DNA of 61,968 nucleotides, counting the filler, from Nemertoderma westbladi (lineage: Eukaryota > Animalia > Xenacoelomorpha): assembly GCA_032718475.1 (NCBI GenBank). It is 4 parts of 4 records of this genome, joined end to end, with 100 filler letters (N's around TTAATTAATTAA, not from the genome) between each part and the next. Parts side by side here need not be neighbours in the genome. Positions count along the whole stretch, not along the records: positions 1 to 16,476 come from JAUCBJ010000371.1; 3 more parts are not named here. One strand, 5' to 3'. The position numbers were made by a program, and so were the translations under genes. Position 1 is the stretch's first letter. The number at the start of each line of letters is the position of its first letter. Shown here piece after piece: positions 1 through 12,569 of the stretch. A model generated the notes under the pieces. It searched no databases. It was given only the letters and a program-made list of their open reading frames with translations, and had not been told where the DNA came from.

Positions 1-400
1 CGGTCCCACCAATATGTTTAAATATTAGGCTCTATGTAAATTATTTTTCCGTAGTGTAGGTAGCAGTATGTATTTAATAATTCAATAATTGTGCTCAATT
101 TTATAAATGATATGGACGGGTATTATACAATGTTTTACTAAAATAATGTAATAATATTTTAGTAATAATATTTTTCACTAATGTCTGGTGTTATTTGCTG
201 TTACCACACCAGTTGTATTGGGTTTAGTTAATTAACAAATACTACTGCCATATATAATTATATTATATATTAATTCGCAATAATATTTGCGCGAGCCACA
301 TACAGTAGCCAAAGCATTTGTAACCTGACGGTGTTGGGGGAGATAGGTCTAATTAAGGACAATACTGTTGTATTGAGGACAACAGTCAAAAAGACCTACC

Positions 401-950
401 TGTGACGGGATCCCCGAGTTGGCGAGGGAATCCGGACTGGTGTGTTTTGCTTTTGGGTAGTACGCGTCGCCGCGTCCGTGGGCTACTGAAAGGCTTGTGG
501 TATCTGAGTTTGAAAGGCCGGAGGCCTAAAGAATAACTGAGTTTTAGTGGCAGTTGTTCGTAATGTCAGAATACAATAATAGCACAGTCAGAATACAATA
601 ATAGCACGGTTAATGACGACGGTCTAAACTGTCTTGCTTCCACACTCTACACAAACCAACTGAACAACAGGTAATAAATACAACGGTTATATTACTAACA
701 CATATAGAACATTGGTACTTGCTGTGTGGCCTGGCCAATGGATGCACCTCAATCAGATGGTAACCTGCCCCACCATTGGCTAATCGATAAGCTTCCTTCC
801 CTTAGCACTCCCTGTTCCCTTATACCCACGTGCTAGCTCCCTTCGTCCTTCTCATCTTTCCTTGTGGCTGGCAATGTATATTGCCTTCGTTGTTTGTTAG
901 GTGACATTATATTGCTAATGTCACCTAGCCAACTATAATTGGTAAAAAGC
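401..950 (-). mobile_element. LTR (solo or truncated) related to the Bel/Pao LTRs at 5513-14451; distal boundary uncertain (about 950-1143)
   Basis: TGTGACGGGATC at 401 is the reverse complement of the GATCCCGTCACA terminus of the LTRs ending at 7588 and 14451. The reverse strand also shares TTAGCCAAT, GCATCCATTGG, GGCTAG-TGACATT-AGCAATAT and CAGTT(T/A)AGACCGTCG blocks with them. No TSD found. Confidence 0.65.
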
Positions 951-1310
951 CACTTTCCCCATTTTCCCAATAGTATCTACTTCATTGTCCAGAATAGGGT
1001 GTTTCCCTTCATTTCTATGGGGCTTTCTATTATTCCTACCTGTCCCAAATACGTTGTGTAAGGATTTCCAACCTGTCCAATATAGGGGCATCCAATCTAA
1101 TCATCATATGAGCCAACTCCTCGTCATTGGACCAATACCAACATTCCTAAAGTTAGGCATCTCCCTTATTGGCTATATAATGTAAAGGTTAATGGAAAAT
1201 TCCAAAAAAAATTGGATATATTTGGACGTCAATGGATGGATAGGTTTGGTTTGAGAAACTAATATCACGTAGGCCTGCCTACCTAATCATATCTTTGCGA
1301 TAATTATTAC

Positions 1311-1600
1311 TAGATCAACTGGCCCCCAGCCACCTTCAACAAACCATCATTGCCGGGGGGCACTCAGCTGAGGGGCGGAGCGCATTAAAAACTCTAAGTA
1401 TCGCGACCTAATGGACCGGGGCCATTTCTTTCACCCCGTGGCCTTTGAGACCTTTGGCAACCCTGGAGATCCTTCCTCCTGGAGATCGGGGCTCGTCTCC
1501 ACAGTGCCACCCACGTACCGCGGTCACATCAGTTTCTGCTCCAGCGCCTGGAGATGGCAATTTAGGTTGGTAATGCAGCCTCAGTCATGGGGACAGCAAT
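1311..1600 (+). mobile_element. 3' remnant of a restriction-like-endonuclease non-LTR retrotransposon (CRE-like)
   Basis: Frameshifted translation DQLAPSHL...AEGAERIKNSKYRDL...FHPVAFETFG...FLLEIGARL...FLLQRLEMAI*VGNAASVMGT fits the KY..L / F.P.A.ET.G / QRL..AIQ.GNA C-terminal signature of CRE-type elements. Confidence 0.7.
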
Positions 1601-2302
1601 CACGCCGACCATCGGTCTATTCGGGGACTGAAGAGCCGAAACCAATCGAAACTGTCGAAATGGTTGCCAATGCAGTCACCAACGGGATGACGGCCGAAGA
1701 TATTCAATATTCAATACTCTATCTTATGCAATCTCAAATATTCAATTCGGTACTGTACCTTCAATTCAATATTCAATCTTAGTATTATTTCTGTGCTTCG
1801 TTATTTAATATATAATAATGTGATTAGATAAAAAAAATTAATTAATGAAATATAATTCATCTGTCAATTATTACAAAAAAAGAAATCCAAAATTATATTA
1901 ACATTTATATATTTTGAATGAAATGTTTCGAAATCAATAATCATTCAATGAACTTATACAGCAGTCATATAGCCTATCGCGTATCCCTTGGTTTAATCAC
2001 TGTTCTTTATTCAAGTATAACTGAATTCTGGCCTGCCGCCTTCACCCTCCGCACTGATAATTTAAAATCGTAACTCATTCAATCTTTGACTAAATTATAC
2101 CAAACTTGGTAAACATGTAATCTTGTCTATCGGCTAAAATAAACACAACTTGCTAAAATTCCCCCTACTGGTTAATGTTTTTTCCTATAGAACAGGATGC
2201 AGTTTTATTTTAGTAGTAAACAAGCTGTTATTTGCGTCGATTTTCACCTGGAGAGGGAAGAATATTGATTGCCCCCCCCCCCTCCCCCACCCCCACCTGC
2301 AG

Positions 2303-3393
2303 TGTAAAAGCTTTTGCGGACATAACAAGTCATTTTTCCCGCAATGCGCATAATACTCTAAAAGATTGGAGCTCAGATGACGAAATCTGTCAGCTGATTT
2401 CCTGTAGACGTGGAACCTCTTTGTTCTGCCAATTCAGCCAATCAGAGCGATTTTCACTTTATGTTGGACAGAGGCCTATGGAAAACCGCGCAATGCATTA
2501 CGGTCTTTGTTTACATTTCTGAGCCTCAGAACCGGCTTGGAATTCTTCTGTACTTCTGTTTTTGGAAGTTTCAGACTTTGGCCTAAACATCTGATGGCTT
2601 TGATTACAAGAACGTAAATCTATTATCTTGGCACCTTGGCCCATTACTCGTAACATTGCTTAATTACTATGGTAACACATACTGACCGTTCACCGCATTA
2701 TTTTACTTCTATTTTGGAAGTCTGTTATTAATTGTTGTTATATTGATGTATATCGCTGATATATTTGGAGAATACCGATGAATAATCATAAAACCCCCAA
2801 TCTTCTTGATTACTGAAGGTGAGAGGAACAGGTTACCGGTAGCAACTGCGACTTAAATTATAGTGGTTTTGTGTGAATTAAATGCTATTTCATAATCCCT
2901 ACAAGTGTCAGTTGCGATCTTCCTTATATATGATCAAATTCAGTGACGGTCGACAGATTAGTGTGCAGTAGTGTGAATTAGTGTGAAGTCGTGTGAAGTA
3001 GTGTGAAAGATAATAAAGCATCTCCTAAAGAATGCACTATTTACGAAACTCTATGGCCATCTAGTTGTGATTAGTATAAGTCATAACTCTGTTTTTTATA
3101 CTTAAAGCGCCACGTCCTAAAGGAACTGTTAATATTTCCCCGAAAGTAAATATATTTGTCAGAGATTATATAGTAACGATCAATCGAATAATACAGTAGG
3201 TCTACACCGCAATAACTTTCAAGGCACCCGAATCCAGTCTCCCTTAACTGTGGGTGAATGATCGCGCACAGACTGGCTTCGGCTGATGTAACTTCAGTAC
3301 ATTAAATAATTGATATAGGCTAAAGTCGATTTATAAATAAGAGGACAACTAAAATTGGCAGGTTAAACTGCTAAAGGTCTAAAAGCGCGAACA
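2303..3393. mobile_element. Solo LTR (1091 bp) with 5-bp TSD
   Basis: Begins TGTAAAAG and ends GCGCGAACA, flanked by direct TGCAG (2298-2302 and 3394-3398). A diverged homolog ends at the same GCGCGAACA at 41391. Confidence 0.8.
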
Positions 3394-5849
3394 TGCAGTT
3401 AAGTGAAAATATTTCGGCACCATTTAATTATCGATTGTAATGTTCTGGAAATATCTTGGTCCGGTATGTTAATCGGCAATTAGTACTTGACGTGACACAC
3501 ACACTGCACTGCTGCACACGGCTGTACAGTACATACACTGTACTGCTGTATGCAGACATACCATACAACTGTACAATGTATCAAAGATTCTGCCTGTGCG
3601 TTGCCAACACTACAGCACAGCTGATCAATAACCAGTATTTTCATGTATTTGTAGGCCTAACTTCTCCTGTTCTCTGCTTGTTGCGCCTTCGGCGCTACAG
3701 AAATGGAATGCCATAGAACGCAACAGAATGTACAGTACAAGCCAATGGAATTACAGTGGAATGTATAAACCATTCTTAGGTTGTTTGCTGTTGCGCCAAT
3801 GTTGTTCATTGGTTATAGGGCTGTTGTGCTGTTGCGCCGTTGCACTGTTGCCTGTTTTCATGGAAGCCTAAAGTTAGGCATATCCCTTATTGGCTATGTA
3901 ATGTAAAGGTTAATGTAAAATTCCACTGATATATAATCCAAGTGTCAGCTACGAATCCGGGGCTCATTATAACAGCCTATACTGGACAGAGCAACGTATT
4001 GGGGACAAGAGCTGGTTGAGGTATATGTACAGTGGAAATTCCCATTCTAAATAAGGGCATTTGGAATAAATGTTCCCTAGTTATGTATGGTTAAAGATAT
4101 ACTGTGGGTGCCTTGCAAATGGCATGTAAGACTGATGCATTATAGGCTATAGTGTCATCATAGTCACGTTATTTCATTTCATTTTATGCAATTTATTATT
4201 TTTTGATTTATTTTTTATAATTTATTGTGCAATTTATTCATGTTGTGCAATTTATTCATTGTGCAATTTAATTATGTGGTGCAATTTATTCACTTATAAT
4301 AAATCTAAATACATTCGTATAATAATAAAAATAAATGACAATCAAATTATTAGTGATATCGCAACCTCCTTCCCCAGGCTCAACTTCATCCCAAATAGTC
4401 CTTAATAAGTCTTAAATTTGACTCAAATAGGTTGTTAGTGTCCCATATAGAGTGTTTGTGTCCCATATAGGTTGATTTTGTCCAAAATAGCCTATAGCTT
4501 TATCAAAATTATTTCAAATAGTTTATAAATGTAAAGGAATACTGAAAAGAATATCGACTTCATAATCATAGTTTTAATTCCAATTTGTCCCAAATAGGTT
4601 GTTTATGTCCCATATAGTGTGTTTGTGTCCCATACAGGGTGTTTTTGTACCAAATAGCATGTAACTTTCTCAAAATGATTTTACATTGTTTATAAATATA
4701 ATGCAAATACTCAAAAGAAAATAGAATCCACTATCATAGCTTTAATTTAAATTTGTCCCTAATAGGTTGTTTATGTCCCATATAGTGTGTTTGTGTCCCA
4801 TACAGGGTGTTTTTGTACCAAATAGCATGTAACTTTCTCAAAATGATTTTACATTGTTTATAAATATAATGGAAATACTCAAAAGAAAATAGAATCCACT
4901 ATCATAGCGTTAATTTAAATTTGTCCCTAATAGGTTGTTTGTGTCCTGTATAGGGTGTTTCTGTTCTGAATAGGGTGTACATTTCTTATAATGATTTTAA
5001 ATAGTTTCTAAATGTAATGGAATACTCAAAAGAATATAGAATTCACTATCAGAGCGTTAATTTAAATTTGTCCCAAATATGTTGTTTGTGTCCCATAGGG
5101 TGTTTATGTCCCATATAGGGTGTGAATCGCTTATAATGATTTGAAATAGTTTCTAAATGTAAGGGAATACTCAAAAGAATATAGAATTCACTACCATAGC
5201 TTTAATTTCAATTTGTCCCAAATAGATTGTTTTTGTCCCATATAGGGTGTTTGTGTCCCATATAGGGTGTTTGTGTCCAAAATAGCGTGTGACTTTCTCA
5301 AAATGATTTTACGTAGTTTATAAATATAATGGAATACTTAAAAGAAAATATAATTCACTATCATTTGTTACATTAACAACAACCTATTTGGTAAAAATTT
5401 AAATTAAAGCCATGATACTGAATTCTATATATTCTTTTGAGTATTCCATTATATTTATAAACTATGTAAAATCATTTTGAGATAGTCACACGCTATTTGG
5501 GACACAAACACCGGTAAGCGTATTCAATTCCACTTCATTACCCACCAGAAAATGGGCTAGTGACATTTTAGCAATATGTTGGGGATACGAGATTACCAAT
5601 ATCAATCTCGTATCATAACCAACATAGGGGGGGGGGGGGGGGGGGGCACATGCCCCGAAGCCACATAGAAAGGAAGGTTAGAGGTCAAACCACCTTGGAG
5701 GGAACACAGCTAGTAGAGGCTAGCAGCGGGGGGGAAACACTCCCAGAGAATGCCAAGATGACCAGTAGTATATTAGCCAATAGAAGGGAGGGAAGCACGT
5801 GATAGGGAACAGCAAAGCATCCATTGGGTAGAAGGCCAAAGTAGAGTAA

Positions 5850-6822
5850 CTACTACTAGGATCGGCATGCTGCATTGCAGCTGCATTTTTAAGAATGCTG
5901 TGCCGGCTTATCGACAAAATTGCACCGCCACAACTCCCTATCACCCATGACATTTGCTAGATCATCCGCATCTTCAAGGCCAGTGTCCTTTAAGATGCGT
6001 CTCAAGAAAGTCATGGGCTGTCCACCATGCTTATTCACTCCATGAGGCTGCCAAAGTACAAGATTATGCACTGGCTGGTCCTCACGGCGAAAGCAATGTC
6101 CTGCAAAGCGGAGGCGATTTTGTTCTAGTGTCAAGCTTGGGGGAACCAATGTGACACCTCCAATGTTATATAGTGTCTGGTTGGAGATGTGTGCATTGTA
6201 CTTGACACAATGAACCTGGCGTAGCATTCTTGTGAATGTGCCATCCAGAGATTTGGTGTCCTCAGCAGTTAGAGCCCAGCATGGACTCCCATAGAGGAGT
6301 ACTGGAACTACTGCAGCTCTAAATAATCGAACCTTAAGTTTCCGATTAATTCTCGGTGACTTCCAAATCCTGGAAAGCCTATTCAAGGCTGCCCATGCCT
6401 TTCCCTTACGTATTCGAAGGTCCTCACCTGACTTCCGGATCCATGATCCCAGGTAACAGAGTCATACCATACTGCTCAAGCATACCAACATTTGAGCTTA
6501 TGCTCATCCGATAAGAGATTTGCTGAGGAGTTTCAAAGTTGTTAAAATGTTGGTCTTTCTGGAGTTAATAAAAAGACCAACACTAGAAGCAGCATGTTCT
6601 AATGAGCTGAGAAGCCGTTGGGCTCCCTCTAGTGATTCTGAGAGTACTCCTAAGTCATCAGCAAAGTCTAGATCAGTTAGGTACTTGGCAGGATTTCCTC
6701 GACTTCTGGAGCCAGTAGGTGGAGTTATCATCACCCCATCATCATTATGATGATCTAAGGACATGCGTAGAACATAGTCAACGCATGTCCTTAGACATGC
6801 GTTGACTATGTTCTACGCATGT
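5850..6822 (-). mobile_element. 5'-truncated RTE-clade LINE inserted in the 5' LTR
   Basis: 14-bp TSD CCAAAGTAGAGTAA (5836-5849 and 6823-6836), single-copy in the 3' LTR. RT motifs DLDFADD, YLGSWI, KLKVRLFRAAVVPVLLYG and RLRFAGH; short (TAG)n tail. Confidence 0.9.
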
Positions 6823-7031
6823 CCAAAGTAGAGTAAGAAGGTGAAGCAATATTCAATGTATTAGCCATATATTATCTCAGATTTTGTGCATTGGTTGTGT
6901 TATTCAGTTTAGGGCAGTCCGGTCATAGTTATTGACCAACACCGCCATACCGGTAACTATATTCAGTTATTCTGCAATTTCTACATTGTGCTATTATCGA
7001 ATGTATTAACTAATAACGAGACAACAATAAC

Positions 7032-7588
7032 TGTGAGCGTATTCAATTCCGCCACACTAAACCCCATAAAGTTGGCGTTAAGCAATATTGGAACTACAAG
7101 GTTGATTACCAATCAACCTTGTATCACCCCAATAAGCGGGGCAACAAACCCCAAAGGGAAACACACACAATGGGGGTCAGAGGTTATACCTCCAGGGGAG
7201 AGGAGAGAGTAGACAGCAGCGGGGGAGAGAACACTCCCAGCGGGAGATGAGAGGGTGAGAAGTGAGCTATTAGCCAATGGGGGGAAGGCATCGGCTGAGT
7301 AGTGTAATGCGGCCAACCGTGCAATATATATTACCAGTCTTTTGTATCATTCCATTCAGTTATCCCAGTACAGTCACGGCAGTACGGTGACAGTTAAGAC
7401 CGTCGCCGCCGTCACCAATACTACCATATTATCCATATCCTGTAACTGTGCTATCTACTGTTATCTCATTTACTATACCGTATCTATTATCAACGACACT
7501 GGAACAAACAACTCTTTTCCATTCACACGGCGGGGACGCGTACGTAAACAACACCGGATAAACCGGGATCCTCTCGGATCCCGTCACA
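7032..7588 (+). repeat. LTR-B of a related Bel/Pao family, acting as 5' LTR of the internal region
   Basis: Starts TGTGAGCGTATTCAATTCC (LTR-A starts TGTAAGCGGATTCAATTCC) and ends GATCCCGTCACA like LTR-A; the interior is divergent. Confidence 0.8.
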
Positions 7589-7659
7589 GTCTTAACTCAC
7601 AAGAGTCTTAACTTCTAAGACCTGCCGAACTGTGACTGCTAGCCACCGACAGAGTAAAG

Positions 7660-10600
7660 ATGAGTAGAGAAGGAGAGAGGACACCGCCGCGGACCCCGGA
7701 CGACAACCTAACGATCCGCGAGGCCGCGACGAGACGGTATCAACTCACGACGCCAGGTTCGTCGACGATAAGCGATCCGGCGGCCCAGGCGGAGGGCGGC
7801 CGTCTACCACAACGAGGAGGAGAGAACGAGTCGAGAGAAGGGAGAGACGAGTCGACGCACGACGGCGGTCGACGTACCGATGTCGCCGGCCAGCCACAGG
7901 CCGAGGGCGACGGACGGTCCACCGGAACGGCGACGGTGGGGCCGCCGGTACGACGCCGGACACGGAAGGATAGAGGAGATGTCGGCGACGAGGACGTCGG
8001 AGTCAGCAACCGGCTCCGACGAGCCTACCTCGCGACCCGGAAGCAACTGAGAGAAGCCAGAGGAGGGGCCAAGATAGACGAGGTGAAGTTAGAAAAGCGA
8101 CTAGGTGAGTCGAACAGACATTTTGATTACCTAGTGCGTTTTGGGCAGGGAGAACTAGCCAGCGAGAGAGCGAGAGGGGTTGCCAGCGAACTGTTTGAAC
8201 TATGGGAATGTAGGGGTATGGAGCCTAGTGTAGTGTACATAGGGCCATACTTAGTCGATGCCCGGGGAATAGAATTAGTGGGTTGGAGGGGACCGCACGA
8301 GGGCGAATCCGAGGTTAACTCCGAGGATTCGGTCTCGTCGGTCAGCGAGAACCCCGGAAAGCGGGGGAAAGTTAGTAGGACGGAGGGGCGACGGGAGTCC
8401 GTCGCAACCGATAAGTCTGCTACATCCTCCGCAAAAGAAAGACGGGTGCGGGAGATAAATCTGGCGTATAAATTAGAGGTTGCGGCGCTAGAACAGAGAG
8501 AAAGAGAGTGGGCAAAGGAGGACAGAGAGAGAGAGACAGAGGCAGAGTGTGTGCGGGATGACTTGCATGCCCGCCTAAGGGGGCTTATACTATATCAAGC
8601 CAAACTGAGGCGCCGACTAGAACTGGTGCGGTCGGGACTATCAGAGAGTGAGACCCCACTTACAGACACCGGGCGAGAGAACCAGAACTGGTGTAGCCGT
8701 ACGGGCGGGGGGGGGGGGGGGGGGGGTTAGTAGTAGTACGTTAGGTGTTGGTATTATAGTACCTAGTAGATAACCCTAATCCCTTTATTACAGGAAATAT
8801 TTTACCGGTAATTTAAATTTAAATACAAATAATCTAAATAATAATTTCAATTCAATACGCGCAAAATAATTCGAATAATAATTTCAATTTAGAAAATAAT
8901 AATAATTCTAATTTAAGTAATTTAAATAATAATCCCGTTTCAAATTCTAATAATTCTAATAATTTAATTGATTTAGGGGATTTAATTGATTTAACAGATA
9001 ATATTGGGAATGGTGCTATTAATATGAACGTGGCGGACGTGCATAGCCCGGCAAATGGGGGCCTGGTAGGCCACGTGTTAGTAGCAGGAAGTAGCGGGGT
9101 TGAGTCAACCCGAGGTGGGCCTGGTAGGCCACGCAGTAGTAGAGGAAGAGGCGGGGGTGAATAAACCCAGCCGCAGTAGTGTTAGTGCGTCGACTAGAGA
9201 GGGGTGTAGAGGTGAAGTTAGAAATAGTGAAGGTAGATGTGGCGAGTGGGGGGGGGGGGGGGGCTACGGGCGCCCTATCACGGAAGATTAGTGGCGAGAG
9301 AGGGGGGGCAGAGAATGCCCCACAAGAGGGGTGTAGAAGTGTAGTAAGAGATAGTGAAGTTAGAAGTAGCGGGTGGGGGGGGGGGGGGGGCTACGGGCGC
9401 CCCACCACGGAAGATTAGTGGATTAGTGACGAGAGAAGGGGGGTAGAGAATGTCCGACAAGAGGGACGCAGAAGTGTAGTAAGAGATAGTGAAGTTAGAA
9501 GTAGCGGGTGGGGGGGGGGGGGCTACGGGCACCCCACCGCGAGAGATTAGTAGCGAGAAAGAAGGGGCAGAAAATGTCCCACAGGTGTCGGCGGATAATG
9601 TGCGGGGCAAGATAGGTGAACCGCGGCACCCGACGACGGAGTATAGTAGGGGGATGGCGAGTATCCCCAGGAAGGTCCAACCGGACAGAGTAGAGTCAGA
9701 TGTTAGAGCCGAGAGTAGATTAGTAGAGTTTAATCGGGAGTTCGAAGAGAGAAGAAGTGAAGATAATAGAAGAGTCGTTGCTAGGAGCAACCGGAGAGCG
9801 AGGACGGATAGCGAGCCGTCAATAGTAGAGATGGAGTTAGGGAGTCAGTGGGGTCGAACTTCGGGAGATTGCCGTCGCCCCGGAGAAACGCACCGCACGC
9901 CAAGAGAGGGGTACAGGACGTACCGATACAAAGTCGAGAACAGGAGTGGGGATCGAAGAGAAACTTCCCGACGGGATATAGCTGCCGATCGAGAGTACGG
10001 TAGTCGCGGGGAGATTCGAGATTCGAGAGAATTAAACTTCGGTTCGGAAGGGCACACGCAGACTGCAGGACATACTGTAGGCCTTACTGCACATACTATT
10101 ATAGGCCATGCTGGGAGAGATAGAGTAGGCGATAGGGTAGCGCGGACGATGGGATTAAACCCGGAAGTCGCGGAGTACATACCGGTAGGTAGGCAAGAAG
10201 TGGATAGGCCTATATCGGTACCAGCACAGCAGCATGACTATAATATCCAGGGACATAACATATATCCAGGGGAGGGGAGGGTTATTGCAGATAGATGTAT
10301 GGGCCCCAATATATTAACATCAACCCCAGTACCAAACATACCGGTGGGGGGGGGGGGGGGGGGGGCAGGGTGACATTCCCCCATTACAATATCAACAATA
10401 TACTCGAACAGCAACGAGAACACCGAACCCCCTGGACGAGAACAGGTCGTGCGACACGGAAATATGGAGGGGGCCGTTACCCCCAATGATATATCCGACG
10501 CAACAAATCCCAGTCTATAGTGAGGATAGTTTGGGGAAGGCACCAAAGACCGAATACAACAGGCCTAGACCCGAACATAATCCGACAGACCCATTCTCAA

Positions 10601-11632
10601 GAGTAAGACAGTCACTACCACACGCGGCCACACAGGGGACTGCTAGTCCACAGTTAGCTGGTAGTAGGGCCACACCGTGGCAGGGACAGAAACAAAATAA
10701 CAACACGAACAAACATAATCCCAACATACCCAGTAGGCCGAGTCCAAATAACCAAAACACTAAACCGGTAGATATGAATCTACGCACAATACGTGAAAGG
10801 CTATAAGGGAGCGCTACAATCCAGGATACGAATGTCAATTGCATAGGGATGGGACCCATAAGACCATGAGTTGTAAGCATTGGCAAGAGTTGCCTAAACA
10901 AGATCGTGTAGCCTATGCGGATAGAAACGGACATGTCATCGATGCGTGGTAGAAGGACACAGATTCGGAGAGTATAGGGAAACACCGATAGGAGACGACG
11001 AGACTGGAGGCCAAACTATGGATACGAGCACATCGGGAGCAAGGAGAAAGAGGAAAGTACTACTCGGGGTAGTACCAGTGAGGATAACAGGAAAGGGCGG
11101 CCAATCAGTCACAACATTGATGCTGGTCGAAAGCGGAGCAGCCTTCACGCTGGTGTAGAATTGGATGGCCGAGGAGATAGGGTTACAGACAAGGCCGAGT
11201 AGGATGGCGGTAACTACTATCTCGAGTAAGGATGAGGTCCTGGAGATGAGGACGGGACGGTGCGAGATATCAGCAATAGCACCAGGATGTGATTATGGGG
11301 CGACCATCGACCCCATACAGATAATAGAATCGATTAATATAAGCGCCAGACGACCCACCAGGATCAAGGTCGAGCAATACAGATTCCTGGACGATATCGA
11401 TTTCTCAATACCAGAAGTGGACATCTCGAAGGTATCCATCATAGTCGGAATGGATTGTCCGATGGCCCACGAGAGAGTACGGACCATATTCGGAGAGAAT
11501 AAGCAGCGGGATCCGACGGCGATTCTCACGCCATTCGGATGGACGCTTAGCAGCCCAATTAAAACCAAGATTCCACTCAGGGTGTTGGAGACATCAGGGT
11601 GCATGCTATCAGGCACCGTTGAAGACGTATAG
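7660..11632 (+). pseudogene. Bel/Pao gag-protease region broken by frameshifts and stops (several at poly-G runs)
   Basis: Low-complexity/coiled-coil N-terminus (7660-8730). Knuckles CQLHRDGTHKTMSC and CHRCVVEGHRFGEY at ~10830-10980. Protease VLLGVVPVRI...MLVESGAAFTLV...IIVGMD...TPFGWTL (DUF1758-like, catalytic D replaced by E). Confidence 0.75.
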
Positions 11633-12089
11633 GAGAAACCAGAGACGGGCGATGGGGATGTCCCATGTGAGAAGCGGCCCGGGGAAGGATACCAGGAGTT
11701 GGGTATGGATCTGGAAACACGCATAGTGGAGCGTGGTGAAAGGATATAGGATGGTTCCAGAAAATACCGTCGGTAGATGAATCAGGAAGGGAAGTTACAG
11801 CAAGAGAGTGGGCGGAGGAGAATGGATTCGACGCAGAAGACTTAGAGACGATGGGATGGAACAAGGATGTTCCCGGCAACTATCGGTATGAGGATGGAGA
11901 AGAGTGGACATGCGAGATGTCTGGAGAAGTGTCCAGAGGAGACGCCGGTCCGGTTGAGAGGCATACCGAAAAGGGGGAGGTCAAATAAGAAGATAGGGTG
12001 GAAAGGGATAGGATTAGTATTATCCATTCTGTTCTATCTATTCTTTCGATTTCTTTTCATTCTACCGCCAGGTGACGACAAGATGAAGG

Positions 12090-12314
12090 GTGGCATTTTG
12101 CTGCCAGGGGACCATGAGGAAATCAGGAAGGCGACTGGAAGACCCGATTTTAGGGTGGTGGAGGAGGCTAGCGAGAGTGGTAGATGCTTACCCCGACGAG
12201 GACGGAAGAGTCTGGTCGGTGGAGGTGAGAATAGGAGGCAAGATAGGAGCAAAGGACAGGAAGGCCTACAGGAGGGCTGTAGGAAAGTGCTGCCTATTAG
12301 AAGGGGCACATTAG
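12090..12314 (+). pseudogene. Bel/Pao integrase C-terminal (DUF5641-like) remnant
   Basis: W..LARVVDAYPDEDGRVWSVEVR...YRRAVGKCCLLE matches the typical GRV...YPG.DG.VR.V.V...R...KL..L pattern. Confidence 0.8.
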
Positions 12315-12569
12315 AGTTTAGTCGTCCAAATGTTGGACTGAGGGGGGTGGGAATGAGGGCGAGACGCCCTTCCTACACAAAATATAATAAATAATAAGTA
12401 AAAAAAAAATAATAAAATAAGAAGTGAGATAATAGAAAGTTAGAAAGTAATAGTAGTAGATAGTTAGATAGTAGGTAGCGCTAGTTAGAAGTTAGTAAGA
12501 AGTAGGGAGTTAAAAAGTTAGTAGAAGTTAGTAAGAGTAAGAGGAGAGTTAGTAGTTAGAAGATTAGGG

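Noticed and set aside
1620-1665. CTGAAGA...GAAA possible hammerhead after the CRE remnant
   Set aside because: No convincing stem I or stem II pairing.
8709-10365. Poly-G runs in gag as programmed frameshift sites
   Set aside because: Long G/C homopolymers occur throughout the window and their lengths are unreliable in assemblies; no slippery heptamer plus pseudoknot identified.
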